64,000 bases of DNA from Octopus vulgaris (Eukaryota): NCBI GenBank assembly GCA_951406725.2, contig OX597816.1, positions 1,674,001 to 1,738,000 on the forward strand, written 5' to 3'. How positions within the stretch are numbered: position 1 is the stretch's first letter; the number at the start of each line of letters is the position of its first letter. This document shows positions 1 to 12,325 of the stretch, one piece after another. Under the pieces are notes generated by a model. That model was not told where the DNA came from, did no database searches, and was given only the letters and a program-made list of their open reading frames with translations. Position numbers and translations under genes: made by a program.

Positions 1-46
1 AAATGTGGTGACAGTGTGGATATAACACTTGAATTTGGTTTTCCAG

Positions 47-193
47 GCAACATCAAACCAGCTGAGGAAATCCTGGCTCATCTAAAATACATCTGCAATA
101 ATCCTCGCCCTGTTGCAGATTACCCGGTCGCTCAGATGACAACCGAGAACAGAGATGTTTGGGCTGATGTTCGACAGCATTTTATAGAAACAG
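47..193 (+). CDS. CPT2: CPT2 internal exon (first one in window): (G)NIKPAEEILAHLKYI...MTTENRDVWADVRQHFIET
   Basis: ttccag| acceptor and ACAG|gtaat donor, phase 1/1. The T(T/S)ENRD.WA motif is typical of carnitine acyltransferases. Splices in frame to the next exon. Confidence 0.93.
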
Positions 194-1183
194 GTAATGG
201 TACTCTTGTTGTTGGTGTTGTTGTTAATTAAATAATGGCTTTATAACACCAAAGATCCACTTCTCATTCTTATTTATTTCTCCAATTTCTTATCGTCTTT
301 ATATATATATAGTGAGAATTTACAGACGAAGACAGGTGTGTAAACAACAAACAGGTGTATTAGTTTAACGCTCAGGAAGTAAGAAAGTCTTTAACGTTTC
401 GAGCCTATGCTCTTCAACAGAAGGGAACACAGAAATAAGCAAAGAGAGAAAATTAAAAAAAGGTTTAGTGGCTAACGATCTATCATGGCAAACATTTATA
501 TAATAAATGCAGAGTTGGGTTTGTGGTTAAGTGTGCTTCGCCACTCTGTGGTTCCTTGGATGTCTTCTTCTATCAACCCAAGTGAGACAGAATGTTGTGA
601 GTGGATCTGGCAGATGGAAACTAAAAAAAATGCTGTTTATCATGTGTGTGTGTGTCTGTGTGTCCTCTGTGTATTTCAAGCTCCAAACAGTGATGTCGTT
701 ATTTCTCCTGCTTTTGTTCTTTTAAAATATGGGAAATGAGACATCTCTTACCTGGAAGACAAGCACTGGTCTGTTTTAGGAAAGGCATTGGTTGTGAAGC
801 AATGCCTCCCTAATAGTCCCCTAACCCATGCTAGCATAGAAAAACAGACATAAAAACCAAGTTGCATGTATTTTGGGTGTTTTGTCTTTTATTTCTTTAT
901 CTCTATTCCAAATTACTCCAAATTAGCTGTAATCATTTGATTTCTGTGTTTAATTTCAGTCTTCATATTTGGGATTAATATTTATACCTGGAAAGGCATG
1001 ATTACCCTCTCATTGCATTCATTATCTCAACTTGAATTTTTCTTACGAGTTTTGTAGTCTCTGCTCTTCAGGTTACATAATCCACTGCATTCAGATATAT
1101 TCATCAACACACACACATGCACTAGAACAGATTAAACACCTTCATAATTGCACTCATATATTTATCAACACACACACACACAT

Positions 1184-1218
<35 letters not shown>

Positions 1219-1628
1219 CATATATACACAAACACACACTCATACATTCAGGGTGGACTTCTTTCTGTTTCTGTCTACCAAAGCCACTCACAAAGCTTTG
1301 GTTAATAGTAGATGACACTTGCTTAAGGTGCCACACAGTGGGACTGAACCTGGAACCATGTAGTTGGGAAGCAAGCCTCTTATCACAAAGACACTCCTGT
1401 TGTTATTTGGATTTGATTTTCACTTCCTCCCTCTTAAGATCTCAAAATCCATTCCAGTTGTTTCCAACTGATAAAGCATTCATTTACATTTACTCAACAA
1501 CTCAAGTGTTTTGTTTAGACATTGGTCCCCAAAATGAAAACATTCACATCCCCACCACCACCGCCACCACAAAAACCATCATCATCATCACCATCATCTT
1601 ATACATTATACATTATACATTATTCCAG

Positions 1629-1749
1629 GGAATGAAGAAATCCTGAGAGAAGTCGACGGAGCTTTGTTTGCTTTGTCATTGGACCATCATTCACCGTCAA
1701 CACCAGACGAAATACTGGAAGCTTATCTGCATGGAGATGGCTCTAACAG
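1629..1749 (+). CDS. CPT2: CPT2 exon: (G)NEEILREVDGALFALSLDHHSPSTPDEILEAYLHGDGSN(R)
   Basis: ttccag| acceptor and AACAG|gtggg donor. Contains the LHGDG.NR motif. Too short for the ORF track, but phases match both neighbours. Confidence 0.93.
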
Positions 1750-2217
1750 GTGGGTAAACATTTGTAGGTTTTTGTCTGTGACTCCTCTTGGTGGTTGCTT
1801 AAGATGGTGGGAATCTGATCGGGGTGGGGGGGTCATCTGAATCTGAAGATGGAAAATGTACAAAGGTTTTGATGCGATTCTTCTAAAATATAATGAAATA
1901 ATAAAAGGTATTACGTGTGTGGGATCATTCAGTGGAAGGGTTCTTGTAGCATTGGCATTTGCAGGAAAGAGAAGTCCTAAACATGTGCAAAGGATTTAGT
2001 CAAACAAATTGGTGCTAGTGCTTATTGGTTTCTGGTCACATACTTATTCTATCACTCTCTTTTGTTGAACCACTAGGCTACAAAGACATAAATAAACCAA
2101 CTCCAGTTGTTGATATATATATATATATAAAATAATAATATGAGGGAATATTATTCCAACCTTACAGGGAAAAATTCAATTTAGAAATACTAAATTAAAT
2201 TTCACAAAATATAATAT

Positions 2218-2356
2218 GTATATATAAATTAGAAAAAAACACCTTTTATCAATTCAAAATGAAAAATTAAATTACACCATCTAGAAAATTACATATAATA
2301 GATGGTGTAGTTTAATTTTTCATTTTGAATTGATAAAAGTTAGTTCTTTTTCTAAG

Positions 2357-2365
<9 letters not shown>
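2218..2365. repeat. AT-rich foldback (about 65-bp arms) between (TA)n tracts
   Basis: cttttatcaattcaaaatgaaaaattaaattacaccatcta is mirrored by tagatggtgtagtttaatttttcattttgaattgataaaag. Confidence 0.8.
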
Positions 2366-2396
<31 letters not shown>

Positions 2397-3052
2397 TGGT
2401 TGTTCACCGACCTCTGCTAAAATACATTAAAAGTGAAATTCAATCTTGCTTGCAATGTTACACAATGAAACTGGTGCATAATGGGAAAATACTTTGAAAG
2501 TAAAGTGCCCCTGAAATGTGAATACGAATGGAATAAAACAAGTTTCATAGAAATTGGGCCAGTAGTTGAGATATTCAGGGTTTTGGAGTATAAATACCCA
2601 AAATGGTGTATCATGGAAAATACTCCAAAGATAACTTAACCCTGAAAGGAGAGAAACTCTAACCTCTCCATTAGACACATTATGATGGGCAAAATATTTT
2701 AAAGTGAAAATGATTTTAAAAATATGGTAAATATTTTGTAAAAGACTCATTCGTAACCTCGAAGTAAAATAGTTTCTTTCAAGTGCATTCAACGTATCAC
2801 CTCCAAAGATTTGGCTGCTATTTTTAGCACACCCTGCTACCACATAACAGCTATTTGTGATAAAGGACCCCAAATACCTGTTACATGGTAGCAGGGCGTG
2901 CAAGAAACAGCAACCAAATCTTTCCTTTTCTGGGGAAAGGAGCCATTTACATGTAATTTTAATGTCACAATTTTTGAAAACATGCGAAATAACAGAGAGA
3001 AAAAAAACCCATGAAACAAAACTCCATTTCTGGGAAACTCAGACTTCCCCTA

Positions 3053-3098
<46 letters not shown>

Positions 3099-3262
3099 TC
3101 ATCATCAATATGCAAGAAGGTATGTTTTTTGCCAGTTAAGAGAATATAGTCTCTTTTGCCTATAATCTGCTCATGAACTGGCAAAGCACATACATTGTGT
3201 TTGTGTGTTTGATATTGTTTATATCCTTAGAGCTGCTTCTCATTCATTTTTGAATATATATA

Positions 3263-4036
3263 TATCATCATGATCATCGTTTAACGTCCGCTTTCCATGC
3301 TAGCATGGGTTGGACGATTTGACTGAGGACTGGTGAACCAGATGGCTGCACCAGTCTCCAATCTGATCTGGCAGAGTTTCTACAGCTGGATGCCCTTCCT
3401 AATGCAAACCACTCCGAGAGTGTAGTGGGTGCTTTTACGTGCCACCGGCATGAGGGTCAGTCAGGCAGTACTGGCAACGGCCACATTCAAATGGTGTTTT
3501 TTATGTGCCACCTGCACAGGAACCAGTCCAGCGGCACTGGCAACGACCTCACTCAAAAGTTTTTTCACGTGCCAGTAAGGTGTCACTGGTAACAATCACA
3601 CCCGAATGGTGCTTTTTATGTGCCACCAGCACGGAAGCCAGTCAGCTGCTCTGGCAATGATCACACTCAGATGGTGCTCTTAGCGCTCCACAAGCATGAA
3701 TGCCAGTCATTGAATTTGATTTCAATTTCACTTACCTCAACAAGTCTTTGCAAGCAGAGTTTAGTGTCCAATGAAGGAAAGGTATGCATAAGTGGACTGG
3801 TTACACCCCTGGCATAAGCCACGAGGTTACGGTCTCACTTGGCTTGCCGGGTCTTCTCAAGCACAGCATATTTCCAAAGGTGTCAGTCACTAGTCATTGC
3901 CTCGGTGAGGCCTAATGTTCGAATGTCGTGCTTCACCACCTTATGACCTCCTAATGTTTGAAGGTCGTGAGGTGGTGAAGCACAGCCTTCGAACATTCGG
4001 CCTCACCGAGGCAATGACTAGTGATTGAGACCTTTG
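3263..4036 (-). mobile_element. RTE-clade LINE 3' fragment with a foldback at its 5' truncation
   Basis: Has the catggaaagcggacgttaaacgatgat 3' end. About 3876-3950 is inverted at about 3963-4036. Confidence 0.75.
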
Positions 4037-4273
4037 AGCAATGACTTTTTACATCCATTGTTTTTTCTAAATGTCTTGAAGCAAGTGTTGTCACCCTGAA
4101 ATATAGAAATACAAGGAAAAAACTGCAACTTTGTTCTTCTGTTTTCTTTTCCTTTTGTAGTTTACTTTTTACCTTTTCACATTGTTCCAGCCTTGCACAA
4201 GAAATCTCTTGAAAGTTATACATACATACATACATATATGTATGTAGATAAGACTATCATATATTTGTGTGTG

Positions 4274-4304
<31 letters not shown>

Positions 4305-5190
4305 GATTAGGCTGGGCAAAGTTCAGAGAGTTCCTACCTCTGCTGGCAACAAAGGGCCTCTCTGAATGAAAGGCAGATTGTTTGATGCTTGTATACGAAC
4401 AGCTATTCCACATGACACTGAAATAGGGTGTGACAGCCGAGGGCATGCATAGGCTTGAAAGAAATGAAGCTAGTTTGCTTCACTGGATGTGTAATGTCAG
4501 TGTGCATGTTCAACAGAGTGTAAGTATTTTGAGAGAAAAGTTAAGCATAAGAGGTATCAGATGTGGTGTGCGAGAGAGACGACTGTGTTGGTATGGTCAT
4601 GTACTGCGTATGGATGAGGACAGCTGTGTGAAGAAGAGCCAATCACTAATTGTGGAGGGAACCTGAGGAAGAGGTAGACCCAGGAAGACATAGGAGGAGG
4701 TAATGAAGCATGATCTTTGAAATTAGGACCTCACAGAGGCAATGGCTAGTGACCAAGACCTTTGGAGATATGCTGTGCTTGAGAAAAAGACCCATCAAGC
4801 CAAGTGAAATCATAGTCGTGGCTGATGCTGGTGCCTTATTACTGGCCCATTTAAAAGCACCTTTTGAGTGTTAGGCCTCACCAAGGTAAAGAATGTTCAG
4901 CGTCATGGAGGCAATGAGTGAGAATTGTGGTATTGAAGAAGACCCATCAAGCTGAGCAAGATTGCAATCATGACAGATACAGGTGTCATGCAAATGGCAC
5001 CTGTGTCAGTGGCATGTAAAAGCACCTATTACACTCTGGGAGAGGTTGGCATTAGGAAGGGCATCCAGCCATAGAAACCATGTTAAATCAGACTGGAGTC
5101 TGGTGCAGCCTTCCAACCTTGCCAGCCCTGTTCAAGCTGTCCACCCCATACCAGCATGGACCATGGATGTTAAATGATGATGATGATGTT
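4305..5190 (+). mobile_element. RTE-clade LINE 3' fragment (decayed)
   Basis: Translates RLERNEASLLHWMCNV...RRLCWYGHVLRMDED and GRGRPRKT. (GAT)n tail. Confidence 0.85.
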
Positions 5191-5467
5191 ATATATATAC
5201 ATACATACATACATACATGATGGTCATGCACAGTTTCTGCATTTCTGTGTGTGTACCAAATTCCTTCAGAAGCCATTTGCCTGCTCAGGGTTATAAAAGA
5301 AGACTCTAACTGGAGGTGCTGTGCAGTGGGATTGAACTCCAAGTCCCATAGTTGCAAAGCAATTTTTTTTTTAATCACAATCAAATGAAGCCCTTAATTA
5401 CATCAACTCAATCCTGTTTCCTTTCCTCTTCTAATCCAATGATATTGTTTTCCTGTTGTAATCGCAG

Positions 5468-5667
5468 GTGGTTCGATAAATCCATCAACCCAGTTGTGTC
5501 CAGTGATGGTAGAGCAGCTGTCACCTTTGAACACTCCTGGGGTGATGGTGTGGCTGTCCTGCGTTACATCAACGATGTCATGAAAGACACCATTGACCGA
5601 CCAGTTGTTGGGCCTGACACAATGCCATCATCAGCAACAGATTCTTCAAAACTTGTGAAACACTTAG
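5468..5667 (+). CDS. CPT2: CPT2 exon with the catalytic His: (R)WFDKS...TFEHSWGDGVAVLRY
   Basis: cgcag| acceptor and TTAG|gtaag donor. RWFDKS and EHSWGDGVAVLR are CPT2 signature motifs. Confidence 0.96.
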
Positions 5668-6014
5668 GTAAGAAGGTTAATTATCTGTGTCTTTATCCCA
5701 TTACTAGAATATCACCCATTGTATGACGACATGCAACTTTGCAAGTCTTCTTTCACCACCATGGCTTCCCATATCAGGAAATCTGGCAGACAATACAATC
5801 ATTATAATTTCACTTTTATAAAATTTCTTGGTGTTTATACAAAATGTGATGAAATGGATACTAATTTGGAAAAGAAAATTATTTATTACCTTAGATTAAA
5901 ATTAAAACAAATATTTAAAATGTTAAAAGAAAACAAAATTATTCTCCATATTGATTTTGTATTATGGAAATTCAGACCCCTTCTCTCTGTTGTTTTGTCT
6001 GTCTGTCTGTCTTG

Positions 6015-6580
6015 GACGTGCGAAGGCTTAAAAGAATCGACTCTAGTATGCTCCACTGGATGTGCAATGTCAGTGTGCATGTAGGACAGAGTGTAAGCAT
6101 CTTGAGAGAAAAGTTAAGCATAAGAGGCATTCGATGTGATGTGATGTGCAAGAGAGACGACTGTGTGGTCATGTGATGCATATGGATGAGGACAGCTGTG
6201 TAAAGAAGTGCCAGTCTCCGACTGTGGAGGGAACTTGTGGTAGAAGTAGACCCAGGAAGCCAGGGGGCAAGGTGGTGAAGCATGACCTTTAAATATTGGG
6301 CCTCAATGAGGTGATGACAAGTGACCGAGACATTTGCTGTGCTTGAGAAGACTCTTCAAGCCAAGGGAAATCATAATTGTGGCTGGTGGCAGTGACATGT
6401 AAAAGGCATCCATTCTGGTGACACATAAAAGGCACCCACTACACTCTTGGAGTGGCATCCAGCTGTGGGAACCAAGCGAAAATCAGACTGGAACCTGGTG
6501 TAGCCCTCTGGCTTACCAGTTCCTGTCAAGCTCTCTAACTCATACCAGCATGGAAAGCAGATGCTAGATGATGATGATGA
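6015..6580 (+). mobile_element. RTE-clade LINE 3' fragment (decayed)
   Basis: Same family peptide (MLHWMCNVSVH...) and (GAT)n tail. Confidence 0.8.
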
Positions 6581-7306
6581 TATATATGTGTGTGTACACA
6601 CTCCTCCTTTTCCTCTGTTTATAATTCTTTGTGTGTAGCATTATTTTACTCATTGCCTGTCACCAAGCCTAGAATGTGTACTCATCTTGCACCTCCTATG
6701 CTTACTCATTCTATAAACCATGTTCCTTATGTGCCCATTAAGTCATGCTCCATCTGTTCTGTCTCTGTTCACAGCATCACAACTTGAGTTTCTTAGAATT
6801 AATTCTGATTAATAACCAAACACTGAGTTTGGGACAATTGATGTTGCTGTTTTGGTGTAAATGTTTTCCATTTTTATGAATTGAGAGCTGGGGGGGGGAT
6901 GCTGGAGTAAAATCTCTGAAGACTTTTGCCAAGTGTTGCTGAGGAATCTGGGTTGTTGTGGTTGTTTGGAATGTGGGATGGAAGGGTTTCACAAGTTGTG
7001 GTGCAGCTTTCCTGGTGGCCCCAATTTACTGGTGCCGATTTCATGTTGATTTATGTGATCAGAAGACATCTTAATTTTGTCCCTCGTCCCCCCCTCCTCT
7101 GTTTGTGTCCCTGTATTTCACTTTATGCATTTGAGGAGAAGCAAGGTTTTTATGTCAATTATGTTCAATTCATAAATGGTAATGCTTCTATCTCTCCATC
7201 TCTTTCTCTCTGTCTGTCTGTCTGTCTATCTATCCCTCTCTTGTTAAGCATTTGAGGAGAAGGAAAAGTGTTTATGTCAATCATATTCAATTAATAAATT
7301 CTAATG

Positions 7307-7355
<49 letters not shown>

Positions 7356-8389
7356 CTCACTACATCTATCTCTATGTGTATATTAGTTGTGTGCAAGTGT
7401 GTTTGCCACCAGCACTGAAAAGTCCCATCACCAAAACAGGCTGAATATCCTGTGAGCCATGCCAAATCACCAGTGCCAAACCAGCTGTGCCCAACTGTCT
7501 CATTCTAGGATCAGAAGTGTGTTCCCTTCCATGTAGAAGTTTTAATATTCAGTGTTGACATTTTAAAAACTTTCTGCTTGAGTAGTTTCTGGGTGTGGTA
7601 AGAACACCTGTTATACTTCTCAGTTTTAAAATACAGAATATAAAAAAAAACTGAGTGGGATTAATGTTAGTTGCAAGGAATGCCATGGGTGTGTGACATA
7701 ACTGGATAAACCAGTATCATAGGTTGGAGAGAGATGAATGACTGGAGAATATTTTAAATAAAACAATATTCAATAGGTTAATTAAGGAAGGAAATTGCTA
7801 AAGACTGAAAAAATAAAATATTGGTGAGAAATAGTTTGGTTGATCTTCTCAAATCTCGTTTTTGTTATGAAATAAGTTTGAAGGGTTTCATGGATCCTGG
7901 GTTGTGAATGACCTTTGTGATTTTAAATGAAAACAATAAGGGAAAGTATGAGACACAGTTCTTGCCAAGACTGGACTATTTTTGTATAACTTGTCTGGTG
8001 GCCTTGAACAAGTGTTGCCCATGTCATTTCACCGGCAACTTCCATGATGAGGTCAACTCTCCAGGCTCTGTTAGAAATAATGGCTGAATTCTCATCTAGT
8101 GCATTCTCACCATCATCAAGATCCCTTAGCAGATGCTGCCCAGCCATTCATTGGGTGCCACCCTGGATGCTTTCATAGTCTGCTGTGAACATTGACCCCT
8201 CTTCTCTGTCCTGTGAAGCAGGTTCGCAGTGTTGTGACCCGTTCAGTCCTTGATGTTGTGAAACCAGGATTTTCTCCGTCTGCTTCTCTTTTACTGTCCC
8301 TCAACTGTGTCCCCAAAGAGTGATTTTGGACTGTGAGTTGTTGTGGGATACATGGCTGTACCAGGCAAGCTGTCGTCTTTTCACAAGCA

Positions 8390-8930
8390 TGACCTTCGAA
8401 CGTTGGGCCTCAAAGAGGCAATAATGAAAGACCAAGACCTCTGGAGATATGCTGTGACTGTGAAGACCCAACAAATAATGTGAGTTCATGGCTGTTTCCT
8501 GCACCAGCCTCAGCCCATCCAAAGTACTTTGGATTGTAGGGCGACATGCCATGCTTGAGGAGACCTATTGAGTCAAGTACATCAAAATAAAAATCAGATG
8601 GAAATTGTAGTTGTGATCCTCATGCCAGTGGCACGTAAAAAGCACCATCCGAACGTGGCCAATGCCAGCACTGCCTTGACTGGCTTCCATGCCGGTGGCA
8701 TGTAAAAAGCACCAACCGATCATGGCTGTTGTCAGCCTCCCCTGGCACCTGTGCCAGTGGCATGTAAAAGCACCCACTACACTCATGGAGTGGTTGGCGT
8801 TAGGAAGGGCATCCAGCTGTAGAAACACTGCCAGATCAGACTGGAGCCTGGTGCAGCCATCTGGCTTCCCAGACCCCACTCGAACTGTCCAACCCATGCC
8901 AGCATGGAAAACGGACGTTAAACGATGATG
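8390..8930 (+). mobile_element. RTE LINE 3' end, abutting an older opposite-strand RTE-like fragment (about 8200-8389)
   Basis: Family 3'UTR and tail on +. The minus-strand neighbour translates KRRQLAWYSHV. Confidence 0.7.
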
Positions 8931-10416
8931 TAAGGGTGGTTCCTGTCTGTTGATTTGCTGTTTGTTTTGTGCTCTGTGTATGAAATGTGTAGCAGCCCTT
9001 TGAAGACCCAGTGGACTGACATAGAAGAGAATTACATTTTACTAAAAGAAAAAAAAAGAAAAGAAAACAGACAGGACTAATTGCATGATGTAGTCCTAGA
9101 TACACTGTGCCATGTCATAAACTTTGAATGAATGGTCATGAAAGGAATGCTGTTGATCATGTCTAAAGTTTTGTTACCTGACAGTAAGGTATTCTTCGGT
9201 GGTGGTCAGTTGTCAGTTTTCTACAAACGAAAAAAAAAGGGTTTGTGTGACGATTTGATGGGGTTTTCTTATGTAAAGCCAGATATTTCCAACTGAATTC
9301 CTCCCCTGTGCAACATGGTAAGTATCAGCCCTGAATATGCAGTTAGGGTTTGCCATCATATTTTTGGAAGGGTTCAACTGCTGGAAGCCCTTCCTCTCAT
9401 CAACCAGTTTACAATATTGCTTTGAATACATTTTGTCTGGCTTCCAACATTGGAGATGTTCTCTTTCAGGACTGAAACCAAAAAAGACCTCCTAAACAGG
9501 TTGCCTTGGCAACAGAATACAGAGTCTTCCCCCTGTAGAATGAGTTGAGGCGCAGGCATGGCTGTGGGGTCAAGAGGCTTGCTTCCCAACCATGTGGTCT
9601 CAGGTTCAGTCTTGAGCAAATGTCTTCTATTATAACCCTGGGGTCCGCAAAGCTTTGCAAATAGATTTGGGAACTGGAAACTGAAAGAAGCCCACGTATA
9701 TGTCTTTGTCATGACATCTCATGAGGGTTCTAAAGGAACCTCCTTTCACAATCTGCCACAATAAACTCCGTCTGACCCATGGAAGCAGGCAAAAGCAAAC
9801 ATTATGACAATGATGATGATGATGATGACAATGATTACTGCTTTCCTAATTGCTCTGGAATCCTTGTCTCGTCAACAAATCAACCCCCCCCCCACACCAC
9901 CGAAAATGTTAATGAATAATGGTGTTACTCTTTAATTTTACTTCTTTCAGTCATTAGACTGTGGCCATGCTGGGGCATCACCTTGTAGAAGTTTAGTCAA
10001 ATGAATCAACCTCAGAACTTATCTATTCTTTGAAAGCCTGGTACTTATTCTATCAGTCTCTTTTGCCAAACTGCTAAGTTTTGGGGCATAAACTCATCAA
10101 CACTGTTTGTCAAGGGGATCAAACACAAGTACAAAGACACACACACACACATGTAGAAGAGGCTTCTTTCAATTTCCGTCTACTAAATCCACTCACAAGG
10201 CTTTTATTGGCCCCTGGCTATAGTATAAGTTTCTATAAGGTTCTATACAGTAGGGAGACTGGACCTGGAACCATGTGGTTGGGAAGCAAACTGCTTGACC
10301 CCACAGCCGCCATGGCTCGGCCTGTCTGTAGAAATGTCACCTCTTCACCTTTTCTTTTATTCACAAATTTTAAAGAAATTAACTGAAGCCAGTTATTTTT
10401 CTGTTCCTTTGCTTAG

Positions 10417-10586
10417 ATTTCCAATTAGATGCCAAACTCAAAGCCAAAATTACAAACGCCAAAGAACAGTTCCAAGAAGCCCATCGACGTTTACAGAAGA
10501 ATGTCATTGATTATAAAAAGTTTAACAAAAGTTTTATAAAATCAAAGAATCTGAGCCCTGATTCAGTGATGCAGTTGGTGATTCAG
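10417..10586 (+). CDS. CPT2: CPT2 exon: (D)FQLDAKLKAKITNAKEQF...KNLSPDSVMQLVIQ
   Basis: cttag| acceptor and CAG|gtgag donor, phase 1/0. Contains the SPD..MQL..Q motif. Confidence 0.94.
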
Positions 10587-10706
10587 GTGAGACTATTTTG
10601 TGGAAAATAAAGATATTTTATAATAATAATAATAATAATAATAATTACGGAGATGTACTTGCATAGCGAGTGACTTGATCTGTGATTGTGTGCTGGAACG
10701 AAAACA

Positions 10707-10991
10707 ATTGCAGTGTGGAAGGTGTTTATAAGCCATTTAAGAAACACACAAAAACCATTAGATTCATTTCAACATTTTAATTTAATTTGTGTCCAAATAT
10801 TTTCGTCGCTTTGAGACCGTGACCTGTTCACTGACAAAACCTTGTGCTGCATCTCTGGTATTTTGTCAGTGAACAGGTCGCGGTCTCAAAGCAACGAAAA
10901 TATTTGGACAAATTAAATTAAAATGTTGAAATGAATCTAACAGTTTTTGTGTGTTTCTTAAATGGCTTATAAACACCTTCCACGCTGCAAT
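10707..10991. mobile_element. Foldback (about 130-bp arms) Penelope-like terminal fragment inserted in (AAT)n in a CPT2 intron, with G3-C8 hammerhead-like motifs
   Basis: Arms 10707-10839 and 10861-10991 are near-perfect reverse complements. (AAT)n lies on both sides. Confidence 0.7.
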
Positions 10992-11160
10992 AATAATAAT
11001 AATCCTTTCTACTAAAGGCACAAACCCTGGTGAGCTTCTCAGCCATGCACTCATTCATTCACACATCTTCTCATTCAATACATTGTCTTCATTCCTTTCA
11101 TTCAATTCATTGCCTTTCTTCCTAACTTGTTTCACATTCTTATATTTTCCTCTCTTCAAG

Positions 11161-11392
11161 ATGGCTTTCTACAAAATGACGTCCGGTGAATTTGCTGCAT
11201 CTTATGAATCCTGTAGCACCGCAGCTTTTAAACATGGACGGACAGAGACGATTCGACCGAACACTTTAGCCACTAAGAAAGCTTGTGAAATGATCTTTGG
11301 ACCTAAATCGACTGCAACCCTGGCAGAAATGCAAGCAGTTCTGGATGAATGTAGTAAAGTCCATATGAACCTCACAAAATCTGCAGCAATGG
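11161..11392 (+). CDS. CPT2: CPT2 exon: MAFYK...SYESCSTAAFKHGRTETIRP...KSAAM(G)
   Basis: ttcaag| acceptor and ATGG|gtaag donor. YESCSTAAFKHGRTETIRP matches CPT2. Confidence 0.96.
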
Positions 11393-12044
11393 GTAAGGAT
11401 GCCCTGTTTTGGAAGATTCAATGACTGACACTCTCTTTTAGTCTTCTCTGTGTGTGTGTGTGTGTGTGTGTGTGCATGTATGTGTGTTTCTGTGTGTTTC
11501 CCCTGTGACAAAGTTTAATGTCTTCCATAAAGAAAAATGTTTGTCCTTGGTTCAATGTGTGAAGACCATCTTCAAATAAAGTACTTTACATGAAAAAGCA
11601 AGAAGGGGTTGCTTGATTGAGGAGAGTCAGCTGCCAACCAAATTGATAGGTGTGAGAGATCTCTACTCTTTGTTTAGACATCTTTCTGGGAGAAAGGAAT
11701 TCCAAACCAGCGCCCATCTCATTGCGGAAGCTGGAGATTTTGCTTCTTTCCGAACTATTTCGCTTTACAAAGATGAGAATCTAAGCAGTGATGTGCAAAG
11801 TGTTGTCAACTATAAATTTCAACATGGCCATTGCTGACAGCCATTCCCTTTAACATTTAAGATGATTTGTCAGTGATGGTCATGCTCGTCTACAAATCAA
11901 CAGCCACTTTGGATGTCTCTCCCTCTCATACTCTCCGTCTACAATGTGGGGTAGCTATGTATACCCTTTAAAGCAACACACCTCTGCCTCTCCCACTGTC
12001 ACACTTTAGCTTCTCAACATCTCCTATGAAGCCATCAACTACTT

Positions 12045-12325
12045 CTCTCCTACCCACCCCCACTTCAGTTGAGGGTGTGGGGGCATCTTTTTCTTTCTCC
12101 TACCCCCCCACTTCAGTTGAGGGTGAGGGGGCATCTTTTTCTTTCTCCTACCCCCCCACTTCAGTTGAGGGTGAGGGGGCTTCTTTTTCTTTCTCCTACC
12201 CCCCCACTTCAGTTGAGGGTGAGGGGGCATCTTTTTCTTTCTCCCACTCCCCCCACTTCAGTTGAGGGTGAGGGGGCATCTTTTTCTTTCTCCCACTCCC
12301 CCCACTTCAGTTGAGGGTGAGGGGG
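12045..12325 (+). repeat. 48/49-bp minisatellite, about 6 copies
   Basis: cacttcagttgagggtg recurs at 12061, 12109, 12157, 12205, 12254 and 12303. Confidence 0.95.

Noticed and set aside
1032-1646. 204-aa ORF
   Set aside because: Runs through (CA)n/(TA)n and a SINE within a CPT2 intron, and overlaps the real exon in the wrong frame.
12026-12314. Repetitive peptides (YPPTSVEGEGASFSFS)n
   Set aside because: Intronic minisatellite whose frame shifts when the unit becomes 49 bp.
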